64,000 bases of DNA. Source: a virus. Of the stretch, positions 28,616 through 36,964 are shown one piece after another. Made by a program: the position numbers and the translations under genes. The stretch lies in the IMG/VR virus record IMGVR_UViG_3300029342_000002; one strand, given 5' to 3'. Each line of letters begins with the position of its first letter. Position 1 is the first letter of the stretch. Below the pieces are notes generated by a model that was given only the letters and a program-made list of their open reading frames with translations, was not told the origin of the DNA and searched no databases.

Positions 28616-28786
28616 TTACTGATTATAATTATAATGACCTACTACAATGAGTAGAAAGACAAAGTTCGAGAAGGCCACAAAACCGCCATACTTTTCCGAT
28701 ATGTATACTAAGGCAAGTCCTAAGAACAAACTCATGCCAAGACATACTATTATTTTTCCCACTTCTTTTAAATCCTTATCTTTCAT
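28616..28786 (-). CDS. small membrane peptide (56 aa)
   Basis: Hand-translated as MKDKDLKEVGKIIVCLGMSLFLGLALVYISEKYGGFVAFSNFVFLLIVVGHYNYNQ. Two hydrophobic segments. Confidence 0.4.
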   Translation of the reverse strand: MKDKDLKEVGKIIVCLGMSLFLGLALVYISEKYGGFVAFSNFVFLLIVVGHYNYNQ

Positions 28787-28883
28787 TGCCTTTTAGTTTA
28801 AAGCACCCTGTCCTTAAGAGTAGTAAAAGACAGGGGCTTATTCAATTCATATTTGCCGGACCTCTTTACGAAACCACTTTGAA

Positions 28884-29597
28884 CTATTTAGACAGCTTGT
28901 CTTTTCCGTAGGCTTTGGGAAGCTTGCAGATGGTGGAGGAGCCGTAGCTGTCCTTGGTGAGGAGGACGAATTGGTGGACTGTGGTGGAGTCGTTGAGACT
29001 GATGCCTTTGTCTTTGCAGAAGCTCTCTCGTCCCATGCGGCACGAGCCGGTGAGAACGTGATGATAAGCGAAGAGGTCACGGTTCGGGTAAGGGGTGTCG
29101 TAGTCGGGGAATTTCTTGCGGAAAGCCTCGATTCGTTCCTCTTCGGTGCTGCCATCGTAGAGTTTCTCTTGCAGGGACATGAAGGCATCGTGCAGGGTGT
29201 CGCCGTGAGCGAAGTGGTTTTGTTCCTTGACGATGTAACATGGTTGTAGGGTAAGGTCATGATTTAGAATGAAGCCTTGTGCGATGTTGTCACGGACGGA
29301 TTTTATAATCGTTGGTACGCCGTCTATTACATAAACCTTGTCGCCATTCAGATCCTTTATGCCATCGCCAGAGCCATCGCCATCGCCAGAGCCATCGCCA
29401 GAGCCATAGCCATAGCCATCGCCATAGCCATCGCCATAGCCATAGCCAGAGCCATCGCCAGAGCCATCGCCATCGCCATCGCCATAGCCATAGCCATAGC
29501 CATCGCCATAGCCATCGCCATAGCCATCGCCATAGCCATCGCCATAGCCAGAGCTGATGTTTAAGAATGCTTTGATGCGTGTTTCTAACGTCTCCAT
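28884..29597 (-). CDS. protein with N-terminal (G-[YS]-G-D)n low-complexity tract and conserved C-domain
   Basis: ATG at 29597 (METLETRIKAFLNISSGYGDGYGDGYGD...). About 65 residues of GYGD/GSGD/GDGD repeats are followed by a globular 160-aa domain. Confidence 0.65.
   Translation of the reverse strand: METLETRIKAFLNISSGYGDGYGDGYGDGYGDGYGYGYGDGDGDGSGDGSGYGYGDGYGDGYGYGSGDGSGDGDGSGDGIKDLNGDKVYVIDGVPTIIKSVRDNIAQGFILNHDLTLQPCYIVKEQNHFAHGDTLHDAFMSLQEKLYDGSTEEERIEAFRKKFPDYDTPYPNRDLFAYHHVLTGSCRMGRESFCKDKGISLNDSTTVHQFVLLTKDSYGSSTICKLPKAYGKDKLSK
29366..29561 (-). repeat. hexanucleotide-periodic coding repeat (GCCATC/GCCATA/GCCAGA)n
   Basis: About 32 consecutive 6-nt units on the plus strand, encoding the GYGD/GSGD tract. 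They also generate spurious repeat ORFs on the other strand and frames. Confidence 0.85.
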
Positions 29598-29881
29598 GCT
29601 TTTACCTCCTCTATTGACTTGACGGCTTTGTCCGAGCAAGTGATAATCTCAATCGCATCGAGAATGGTGATGCTGTCTACTGAGACTGTGAACTTGCATT
29701 CTTGCGGTTTTGATGTTCCTTCTTGGGCGAGCTGTGAGAGTGAAGCTGCTCCAGCCCAGTACCAGATGCGTCGGGCGTTATGCAGGGTTACCTCTCTGCC
29801 GTTGTGTGCTACGAGTGTTCCGAACTCAACTCCGCTGCGGTCGCCGCGGATGATTACTTTCTTTCCAATGTTTGTTTCCAT
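29585..29881 (-). CDS. hypothetical protein
   Basis: 98-aa ORF with the motif RRIWYWAGAASLSQLA. Overlaps the next gene by 13 nt. Confidence 0.6.
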   Translation of the reverse strand: METNIGKKVIIRGDRSGVEFGTLVAHNGREVTLHNARRIWYWAGAASLSQLAQEGTSKPQECKFTVSVDSITILDAIEIITCSDKAVKSIEEVKAWRR

Positions 29882-29917
29882 TGTTTTGTTGTTTATATTT
29901 AATGATTGTAATATTTT

Positions 29918-30289
29918 TTATCTCCTTATGCTGCCGCTCATTGTTGAGCAATCACCTTCGATAATGTTACATCTGACGCTGCCGCTCATTGTTCCTACAT
30001 TACCCTTAACGGTCTGACAATGTACGCTGCCGCTCATTGTTTCGACATTTGTTACGTCACCTTGGACATGTACGATTCCGGTTGTGGTATTTATCGACTT
30101 GACGGAGCCTGTAATTTCGATTTTGAGCGGAATGTTGCTGTATTCTTCGACAGGTTTGCCATTGATGAATACCATGTTGTTTTTTACTCTGATTTCTTTG
30201 GCCGCACGTATAACGTTGCCGTTGATTATCACTTCTCCGTCTATGTCAGTTCCGAAGAACTGCTGACAGTTGTTGTCGAATATTTCCAT
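29918..30289 (-). CDS. hypothetical protein with three TMSGS[VI][HR] repeats
   Basis: VETMSGSVHC, VGTMSGSVRC and CSTMSGSIRR. At DNA level, CTGCCGCTCATTGTT occurs three times (about 29931, 29966 and 30028). Confidence 0.6.
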   Translation of the reverse strand: MEIFDNNCQQFFGTDIDGEVIINGNVIRAAKEIRVKNNMVFINGKPVEEYSNIPLKIEITGSVKSINTTTGIVHVQGDVTNVETMSGSVHCQTVKGNVGTMSGSVRCNIIEGDCSTMSGSIRR

Positions 30290-30293
30290 ATCT

Positions 30294-30482
30294 TTATTTT
30301 GTTGGTTTTAACGGTTTGGGAGGCTCAGTAAATTTGCGCACAATGCGTAGAGCACGAAGCAGACGTTGGTTCTCTAAGTGTAAAATCAAGTTGGGAATAA
30401 TATCTGTATTATACCCATTCCAATAATTAGCTTTATCACTTCTGTTCCTCTTGGTAATTTTCCTTGCCTGTCGAAGTTTCAT
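30294..30482 (-). CDS. hypothetical protein
   Basis: 62-aa basic ORF, tightly packed in the operon. Confidence 0.45.
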   Translation of the reverse strand: MKLRQARKITKRNRSDKANYWNGYNTDIIPNLILHLENQRLLRALRIVRKFTEPPKPLKPTK

Positions 30483-30484
30483 AG

Positions 30485-30922
30485 TTATATCTTTAAGTTT
30501 GCGTCCTCGCCGAGCGCCCAGAGGATGTGCTGTAGTTCGTGGACGTACTGGAGTTTATTCCCAAAACGATAAGTTGAGTCGGCTACAACAAACTCAAATC
30601 CTTCTTGTTTTTTATAAATACTTTGTTCTAAGCTTACATAAAAAGCGTCTTTGCCTTTTGAGTAAATATCGCAAGAAGAAGTTAGATCATGTCTCTTATT
30701 CCATCCGTTTTTTTCGAGGATGTCGGGGGTAAGGAGGATGCCTTCGATGTGGTCTCTGATGGTGTACAGGTCTTGTCTACAGTCAGATTCACTGGGGCTG
30801 CGGAGACCAATGTAAATTTCAGAGATGTCTATTACTACGAATATGTCGCCTTGCTTGTATTCGGGAAGGTCTACGGTGATCTGCACGAGGTCGCCGAGAC
30901 GTAGGTCTTTTTGATGAATCAT
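30485..30922 (-). CDS. paralog family member 4
   Basis: DLRLGDLVQI, LLTPDILEKNGWNKR and QYVHELQHILWALG. Confidence 0.65.
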   Translation of the reverse strand: MIHQKDLRLGDLVQITVDLPEYKQGDIFVVIDISEIYIGLRSPSESDCRQDLYTIRDHIEGILLTPDILEKNGWNKRHDLTSSCDIYSKGKDAFYVSLEQSIYKKQEGFEFVVADSTYRFGNKLQYVHELQHILWALGEDANLKI

Positions 30923-30950
30923 GTGATGGAATTTTTAGATATATATTTAA

Positions 30951-30990
30951 GCCTTTCTGGACCTTATTGAGCCTCTTTATGAGGCTGCTT
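30951..30990 (+). repeat. 10-bp phased GCCT repeat array (locus 3 of 5)
   Basis: GCCTTTCTGG ACCTTATTGA GCCTCTTTAT GAGGCTGCTT. Overlaps the stop region of the 30964 gene. Confidence 0.5.
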
Positions 30991-31374
30991 GCGGGCTGAC
31001 GCCGTTATCGGGAGAGGTGTTTTCGGGGGGGCGGGGTCGTTTTTCAGCATTTCGTGGCGGAGACCCATGAGCCATGAGCGGAGGTTGATGGTGGGCTTGT
31101 GGGTTAGGTTGGCTTCCCGCCATTCAGCGTACTGGTCGTAGGACATGTTGTACTCAAGGATGAGAACCATCTCGTCTGGGGCGAGAAAGTCGGTGTCTTC
31201 GAAATCGCAGAGTCCGCCTGGGGTGTCAAGTATCCAGTGAAATTCACGGGAATCCTCGAAGAGGCGGTGATTGATGCGTTCGGCGAGTTCGTTGCATACG
31301 TTGCTGAACTTTTCGCACAGGGCTAAGTTGGTGCAGTGCTCACGCATGTTGTCTATGATTTCCTGTTGTTTCAT
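30964..31374 (-). CDS. hypothetical protein
   Basis: 136-aa ORF. Confidence 0.55.
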   Translation of the reverse strand: MKQQEIIDNMREHCTNLALCEKFSNVCNELAERINHRLFEDSREFHWILDTPGGLCDFEDTDFLAPDEMVLILEYNMSYDQYAEWREANLTHKPTINLRSWLMGLRHEMLKNDPAPPKTPLPITASARKQPHKEAQ

Positions 31375-31376
31375 TG

Positions 31377-31898
31377 TTATACGTTTACGATATTGTCATA
31401 TATGTCGAGGTGGGTCCACCAGTGTTCTTTCTCTGCTTCTACGTATGGATTGACGGGTATGGGGAGACGATTGACCTCCTTGATAATCTCTTGCGGGATG
31501 TAGGCTCCGTAGGGTTGCAGGGAGGTGTCTTTTTCCGCTATGAGAAAGAGGGGACGGTATTGTTTCTGGAAGCGGTAGCAGAGGGCTATGTGTGATTCTT
31601 TGTGTGCCTCGCTTACGAAGAGGACCTTGTAGCGATTGCCGCGGTGGAGTGCAGCGAGGGCGTGCAGGAAATCCTCGTGTCCGACGTGCGTATGTCGCTT
31701 GCCGTTGAGTTCGTAGAAGTAACAACCGAAGAGGTCGCGGCGCATGAAATACCAGAGGTAGTCGAGGTCGTCGTCAGACATTTGGGGGATGCTCTTATAT
31801 ACGATGTCCCGCCAGACATGCTGACGAAGGTGACTGCCACGCGCGAATCCTTCCACTGCATAGAGGAAGTCGTGATGGTCGAGGTAGAGGGATATCAT
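31377..31898 (-). CDS. hypothetical protein
   Basis: 173-aa ORF starting 2 nt from the neighbouring gene. Confidence 0.55.
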   Translation of the reverse strand: MISLYLDHHDFLYAVEGFARGSHLRQHVWRDIVYKSIPQMSDDDLDYLWYFMRRDLFGCYFYELNGKRHTHVGHEDFLHALAALHRGNRYKVLFVSEAHKESHIALCYRFQKQYRPLFLIAEKDTSLQPYGAYIPQEIIKEVNRLPIPVNPYVEAEKEHWWTHLDIYDNIVNV

Positions 31899-31924
31899 AT
31901 TTATTACTTATTATTTTGTATTTG

Positions 31925-32689
31925 TTATTTGCCGGGGGCGTCGGTTGTGCCGAGAAGATGTTCGTTACCTTCGTAGGGGATGCACTGCTTGAAGGAGCAT
32001 CCAAAGCACTGATAAGGAAGAGTTGACCCCAGTTTAAGGAAAGCGAAGAATTCAGGACTCCAACATTGGTTGTCGTTATCGCGAACGAGCACACGGTCGT
32101 AGGGCTTGAATGTAGGTTCGGACGAGGGTTTTGGATGGGTGTTGGGCTTAGGAATGTCGAATTCGAGGGTTTCGGAGTTGAAACGACCTCCGTAGTGTTC
32201 TTCAGCGGCGGCGAAGAACTGCGCACGCTCATTGTCGGTGGCTTTGCGGAAGTCGAGAGTGTGGAACAGTCCGTAGAGCTTGACGCCCCAGATGTCCTCC
32301 TTATTGTCGTACTCGACTGTTGTACGGAATTCAGTGTAATCCTCAGAATTCCATCCTTCGAAGACTGCCGTGACGCCTAATCCGACGCAGACGACCACGT
32401 CGCCGCGTCGGAAGAACTTGGTCCATTCCTGCATTTCGAGGGAGGGTAAGAGGACGCATTCTCCGTTGGGAAAGATAACGTCGAAACGGCCCGTGGGGGT
32501 CAAAGAGAAGAGCTTGCGGTCTCTCGGATTTGTGTTTTGACAAACCGGTTTTAAGATGATTGGATGGTTAATACCAGGGCCTTCATCTATTGACTGAAGC
32601 TCAACCTTGCCGGCTATTCTCGAATAAAGAGGCGTTCCTGCCGGGCAGTCACGCAGGATGTCTGCGATGTTGATGTCAGAATTGTTCAT
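31925..32689 (-). CDS. hypothetical protein
   Basis: 254-aa ORF. Confidence 0.55.
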   Translation of the reverse strand: MNNSDINIADILRDCPAGTPLYSRIAGKVELQSIDEGPGINHPIILKPVCQNTNPRDRKLFSLTPTGRFDVIFPNGECVLLPSLEMQEWTKFFRRGDVVVCVGLGVTAVFEGWNSEDYTEFRTTVEYDNKEDIWGVKLYGLFHTLDFRKATDNERAQFFAAAEEHYGGRFNSETLEFDIPKPNTHPKPSSEPTFKPYDRVLVRDNDNQCWSPEFFAFLKLGSTLPYQCFGCSFKQCIPYEGNEHLLGTTDAPGK

Positions 32690-32787
32690 TGTTGTTCGTT
32701 TTTAGAATTGTTAACAGAATCTCTTCCTATGATAAACGCCACGGCTGCTACGATGATGTAGGAGATGGCTTCGGTGATTGCTATCAT
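32686..32787 (-). CDS. 33-aa single-TM peptide, tentative
   Basis: MIAITEAISYIIVAAVAFIIGRDSVNNSKNEQQ. ATGA overlap with the next start. Confidence 0.3.
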   Translation of the reverse strand: MIAITEAISYIIVAAVAFIIGRDSVNNSKNEQQ

Positions 32788-32802
32788 GTGTATAGGTGAT
32801 AT

Positions 32803-32937
32803 TTAGGGTTGACGTGTGTGTTTGTTGCCGCTGCACCACAGTTCGATTTCGATGCGGGCGCCTGCCCATATCGCTTCGCGTGGTGTGGCGTCGGGGTGTT
32901 GGCTGAGCCAAAGTTCGATGCGCTGACTGAGATTCAT
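32803..32937 (-). CDS. small hypothetical protein (44 aa), tentative
   Basis: MNLSQRIELWLSQHPDATPREAIWAGARIEIELWCSGNKHTRQP. ATGA overlap with the upstream stop. Confidence 0.35.
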   Translation of the reverse strand: MNLSQRIELWLSQHPDATPREAIWAGARIEIELWCSGNKHTRQP

Positions 32938-33809
32938 ACTGCCTTACGATTAAGAGACGTGACGCTCGGTGTCCAGCTTATACCGAGGCGATGTGTGAGT
33001 CCGCTCTGATAAGCCTGCAACGCAATCTGACCCTGTAGGGACTTTGGGTTTTGTTCGAAAGCCTCTATAGCATCGAGGATGCGGTTGCGCTGTGCTTCCT
33101 TGCGTGCCGCTTCGTTTTCTGCTGCTTGCTTCTTGCGAGCTTCCGCCTGCTGCTGAATCTGCTCGTCAGTGAGTTCGGGAGCTGGTGCGGGGGACTCTTC
33201 CTTCTGAACGGCAGCTGCGTAAGCCTTGAAGCTGCCGTCGAGGACACGTGAGAAATTCTCGGGGCGGAGAATCCAATCGAAATCGGCTACCCAGTGACGC
33301 TTGCCAGCTCCGTTGAGGTAAGGTGAGGCGAACGCCTGCTCGAAGGCGTCACGGATTTTGCGGGTGTCGCCGTCGTACTCGAGAAGACGAGCCTCGATGA
33401 GAGCTATGCGCGTGCGATTGAGACGATGGATCTGCGGCATGCGGGAGCCTGTCTCGCGGATGCGACGATTCCAATAAGCGATGAGACCTTCGGCATTAAA
33501 TGTGGGGTGCTGCTCTTTCTTCGCGGTCTTTCCTTTTCCCTTGGGGGTCTTTCCTTTCTTCGCCCAACGCTTCTGCGCATTCTCGCGATTCTTGCGGCAT
33601 CGCGCCTCGCGGGCGGCACGCTGCGCGTCGATGTCCTCCTTGATAAAGGCGAAGGCTACGTGGACCACCTGAGGGGCGTTGTCGCTGACAAGGGTGCTAT
33701 CCTTGGCATAGAGAAAGACGGCACGCATAAGGATGCCGAGCTGAAGGTCGGAGAGCTGGCTGACCGCCTCGTAATGGGCGATGTTGAGAGAAAATCTATT
33801 GTCTGACAT
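32934..33809 (-). CDS. putative replication-module DNA-binding protein (replisome-organizer/DnaD-like, tentative)
   Basis: ATG at 33809 (MSDNRFSLNIAHYEAV...). A basic linker (KRWAKKGKTPKGKGKTAKK) joins two helical domains. Lies directly downstream of the SSB/Exo/RecT genes. Confidence 0.4.
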   Translation of the reverse strand: MSDNRFSLNIAHYEAVSQLSDLQLGILMRAVFLYAKDSTLVSDNAPQVVHVAFAFIKEDIDAQRAAREARCRKNRENAQKRWAKKGKTPKGKGKTAKKEQHPTFNAEGLIAYWNRRIRETGSRMPQIHRLNRTRIALIEARLLEYDGDTRKIRDAFEQAFASPYLNGAGKRHWVADFDWILRPENFSRVLDGSFKAYAAAVQKEESPAPAPELTDEQIQQQAEARKKQAAENEAARKEAQRNRILDAIEAFEQNPKSLQGQIALQAYQSGLTHRLGISWTPSVTSLNRKAV

Positions 33810-33950
33810 AGGGGGAAGGATTTTGAAAGTTATACGGAACGGGTAAGAAAGAGATTTCGGGGTAAGAGAAAACCAAGGGGCGGCTAAGACCCCTTGGAAG
33901 CGTGAACTATACAAACATCAAAGCTTCTGAGGAAGCTGTTATTGATCAAA

Positions 33951-34364
33951 TCAAAAGGGCAGTCCGTCGGAGCCTCCTGCCGGTGCAACGGGTGCTGCTG
34001 AGGGGGGCGGGGGTGTGGGGATGCCGAGAGCCGACCCTGGTGCGCCTACGGGTGGGAGAACGGACGGCTGCGGCGTAACGACGGGCTGCGGTGCGCCGTG
34101 GAGCACGCTCCAGCAGCGGACGGCGTTGAACCAGCGTCCCTGGTATTCGTGTGCGTCGATGTCGAAGGAGACAGTAAGCGACTCTCCGACCTGTATGTTG
34201 AACTTTGCGATATTGTCCTGTCCGAAGACATCAAAGACCATCCGCTTGGGGTACTGGTCTTGCGTTTCGAGGACGTAAGTGGCGCTCTGCCACGGCTTGC
34301 CGCTCTTTGCAGAGACGCCAGACCGGATGGGCAGTGCGCAGATGATTTTTCCGAAGATTTCCAT
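33951..34364 (-). CDS. DUF3127-type single-stranded DNA-binding protein
   Basis: OB-like N-domain (GKPWQSATYVLETQDQYPKRMVFDVFG), a Pro-rich tail, and a terminal DGLPF resembling the SSB acidic tip. Confidence 0.65.
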   Translation of the reverse strand: MEIFGKIICALPIRSGVSAKSGKPWQSATYVLETQDQYPKRMVFDVFGQDNIAKFNIQVGESLTVSFDIDAHEYQGRWFNAVRCWSVLHGAPQPVVTPQPSVLPPVGAPGSALGIPTPPPPSAAPVAPAGGSDGLPF

Positions 34365-34379
34365 TATTAAGACTTGTGG

Positions 34380-35060
34380 TTAGACATTGAAAGTTTTGGC
34401 TATGTAATCGTTGGCGAGACGGACGCGCTCTTCGAGGAGGCGGATGTCGTCGTCGTTACGTTCTATATGGACGATATGGATGGGGGAGGAGAGCCATGCG
34501 CAGTAAGATACGAAATCGGCTGACGTGCAGCCTGTGCAGGACATCTCTGCCATCACTTGCCAGTAATACTCGGGCTTGACAGCCTTCAACGAGGCTGCAT
34601 CGTGTATCTCTGCGACATATCGTGTATGGACGGCGAGAGAGGGGCACTTGATTTCGAGGCACTTCTGCTCCTCTCCGCGGACTATTCCGTCGGGAGAGGC
34701 AGCAAAGTGCGGGATGATATCGTGTGCGCATGAGGAGACCTCGAAGACCTCCACATCGTCGTTAAGAGAGGAGTAGAGCTGGCGGGCGGACTCCTCTTGC
34801 TGGACGCCCCATTCCATAGCCCGCGTGGAGACGGCGACCTGGTCAAGATAAGACTGGAAAATGTCGTCGTCAGAAAGGAACTGGGGATTGAACAGCCTTT
34901 CGGCAGCTATCTGATAGATGTACGTCTTGGCTGTTTCGGACCAAGGCTCGTCTTTCTTGCGAGGATTGGTCATAAGCTTGTGGACCTCGGAACCTGTAAC
35001 AGAACCGAAGCGTGCGCGGAACCATGAGATTTCGCGCTGATTGGACTCGGTGTTAATCAT
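34380..35060 (-). CDS. YqaJ-type recombination exonuclease
   Basis: N-terminus SWFRARFGSVTGSEVHKLM plus PD-(D/E)xK-like blocks (ASPDGIV, CLEIKCP). Overlaps the annealase gene by 4 nt. Confidence 0.75.
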   Translation of the reverse strand: MINTESNQREISWFRARFGSVTGSEVHKLMTNPRKKDEPWSETAKTYIYQIAAERLFNPQFLSDDDIFQSYLDQVAVSTRAMEWGVQQEESARQLYSSLNDDVEVFEVSSCAHDIIPHFAASPDGIVRGEEQKCLEIKCPSLAVHTRYVAEIHDAASLKAVKPEYYWQVMAEMSCTGCTSADFVSYCAWLSSPIHIVHIERNDDDIRLLEERVRLANDYIAKTFNV

Positions 35061-35923
35061 TTCTTGTCCTCCTTCTTGTCCTCCTTCTTGGCGGCGGCAT
35101 TCTTGGCTGCTTCAGCTGCTGCGGCAGCGATGGTGTTCTTGGTTTCCTCTTTGCGGTAAGGTTTCATAAGCTCATCGACGGTTGTGTCGCCGTCGGTGAG
35201 TGACTGCGTGATGCCGAGGAGGAGGGCTATTTCGTTGGCCTTGATCTGATTGACGGTCTTCTTTCCGCAGAGCATTACCACCTCCTGCTCTGTGATGCCG
35301 AACTCGTCCTTGAAGTAATCAATGCACTTCTTTCTGCGGGCGATAATCTTATCCTCGTCAGAGAGGTCGCCGGTGATGCAGCGCTGCGCCGCCTGATAGA
35401 CCTTGTCGGTTATGGCTCGTGGGATGACTGAGAAAACGGCGTTGCGGTAGGCTATGGAGTTGGCAGCATTGCCTGTAACAGTAATCATGTCGTCAGAGAA
35501 GCGCTGTCCTGTACGTCCGACGATAGAGCGGCGTACTTCGAATGCCGTAGCGACGTTGTTTTCGAGGTCCCAACATGTGCCACGCGAGATGACCTGCTTG
35601 TCGGTAATCTGAACGACCTTGGCTTCGGCTCGAATGTTTCCATAATTGGAAACTATGAGTTTGGCGAGGTGAACGGACGGTCCGGTGATGGGTTTGCCGC
35701 CACGAGGAAGGGCGTAACCGCAAGACTGAGCTGTAGGAATGTCCATTGTGGCCATTGCTACGGAATTGTTGATGGCTCGGCGAAGGTCGCGCGGGTATTG
35801 CTTGGCTGTGGCAATCTGGGAATCTACGTTTGCGCGTTCGATGGTGTCGAGCTGAATGATGTTCTGGTCATGCTGGACCTGTGTCACTTCGTAAGCGTCA
35901 AGTGACTGTAAGCTGTTTTCCAT
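35057..35923 (-). CDS. single-strand annealing protein, RecT-like
   Basis: Position upstream of the YqaJ exonuclease. Blocks GYALPRGGKPITGPSVHLAKLI and AIAYRNAVFSVIPR resemble the RecT layout. K/E-rich tail. Confidence 0.6.
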   Translation of the reverse strand: MENSLQSLDAYEVTQVQHDQNIIQLDTIERANVDSQIATAKQYPRDLRRAINNSVAMATMDIPTAQSCGYALPRGGKPITGPSVHLAKLIVSNYGNIRAEAKVVQITDKQVISRGTCWDLENNVATAFEVRRSIVGRTGQRFSDDMITVTGNAANSIAYRNAVFSVIPRAITDKVYQAAQRCITGDLSDEDKIIARRKKCIDYFKDEFGITEQEVVMLCGKKTVNQIKANEIALLLGITQSLTDGDTTVDELMKPYRKEETKNTIAAAAAEAAKNAAAKKEDKKEDKK

Positions 35924-35926
35924 ATA

Positions 35927-36106
35927 TTAAAGTGTTTTGTATTTACAGAATTTGAAGCCGTTGGCGTTTTCGTGCCTTTCGCAGAAACCTTCCGCGTAGT
36001 CGGCTGCTACGGCTCGACGCTGCTTTTCTCTTGCCACTTCGTACGGCAAGTCCATGATGTCATGGAATCTGATTTGCAGCATTTCGACTGATATCTTCTT
36101 TCTCAT
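35927..36106 (-). CDS. small hypothetical protein (59 aa)
   Basis: Hand-translated as MRKKISVEMLQIRFHDIMDLPYEVAREKQRRAVAADYAEGFCERHENANGFKFCKYKTL. Confidence 0.4.
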   Translation of the reverse strand: MRKKISVEMLQIRFHDIMDLPYEVAREKQRRAVAADYAEGFCERHENANGFKFCKYKTL

Positions 36107-36117
36107 TCTGAGGGGTG

Positions 36118-36588
36118 TTATTCGTTATGGTCTTCTACGTCGAGTACGACGTCGATGACTTGTGTTTCGGAAATGGACACGATGCGATAGTCGATCATGG
36201 AGGAAGAGAGCACCTTGTCAATGTTCTGACGTGCCGTGTTGATGTCGTTGCACTGGACGAGATAATATATCGTCTGACGTCTTTCTCTTGCCGTCTTCTC
36301 GTCGTAGGTGATGAATATGACCTTCGCCTTGCAGAAGATTTCGCCCTTGTCGCAGTCTTCATCGACGAGGAAGACCTCTCGGTACGGGGCGATGGCAATC
36401 TTGGTGACCTCGGGTTCTTGTTCTGAGGGGAAGAGGCATACTTGGTCGGCGATGCGTTCCTCGGCTTCGGCAAAGGACTTTGCATCGAAGACGTATGTGT
36501 GGGACTTTCTGACAATAAGACCTTCCTCATTCTGAGGGAAGGTGAGGGCTGTGGCTTCGAACCACTTGGGTGATGTTTTTGTTCGCAT
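36118..36588 (-). CDS. hypothetical protein (DUF4494-like, tentative)
   Basis: 156-aa ORF with an internal two-fold pattern. Family assignment is from memory only. Confidence 0.5.
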   Translation of the reverse strand: MRTKTSPKWFEATALTFPQNEEGLIVRKSHTYVFDAKSFAEAEERIADQVCLFPSEQEPEVTKIAIAPYREVFLVDEDCDKGEIFCKAKVIFITYDEKTARERRQTIYYLVQCNDINTARQNIDKVLSSSMIDYRIVSISETQVIDVVLDVEDHNE

Positions 36589-36627
36589 AGATAGAATGTT
36601 TTTGTACTGAAATTATAACTGTTTCTG

Positions 36628-36765
36628 TTACTGATAACGCCACTCCCAGAACGGGCATTTGACGGGGGTGACCTTCCGTTGGGTCTCCGTGCGGGGACAA
36701 TCGGGGAAGTCGCGCCATAGGCAGTCGTCGCAATCGGCGTATAACGTGCGTCTGAATTTGTGCAT
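36628..36765 (-). CDS. small Cys-rich peptide (45 aa)
   Basis: MHKFRRTLYADCDDCLWRDFPDCPRTETQRKVTPVKCPFWEWRYQ. Confidence 0.35.
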   Translation of the reverse strand: MHKFRRTLYADCDDCLWRDFPDCPRTETQRKVTPVKCPFWEWRYQ

Positions 36766-36783
36766 GATGAAATAAATAATTAA

Positions 36784-36810
36784 TGCGGAACGGGAAGGAA
36801 TCGAACCTTC
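36784..36810 (-). other. tRNA 3'-end-like fragment (T-arm plus acceptor strand)
   Basis: Minus strand reads GAAGG-TTCGATT-CCTTC-CCGTTCC-G-CA. I could not find a matching 5' acceptor strand or an anticodon arm upstream. Confidence 0.4.
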
Positions 36811-36964
36811 GCTAAAACGGCATCCACGCCGTCGTCCCTCCAGGAATCACTTCCATTTTGCAATAAAAACTAATAATAACAACGTCCGGGATTTGCACCA
36901 GGATGAGACTCCTTGGGTCTCATTTTTAATGATTAATAAAAAAAATTGTATAGATGAAAGTTAC

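Noticed and set aside
29277-29564. Highly regular short repeats that could suggest a CRISPR array or a peptide-repeat gene on the plus strand (ORFs translating as AIARAIAIAIA and HSHRHSHR)
   Set aside because: The period is 6 nt with no spacers, so it is not CRISPR. The repeats are the antisense or other-frame readout of the minus-strand (GYGD)n coding tract, which sits in a well-supported operon gene.
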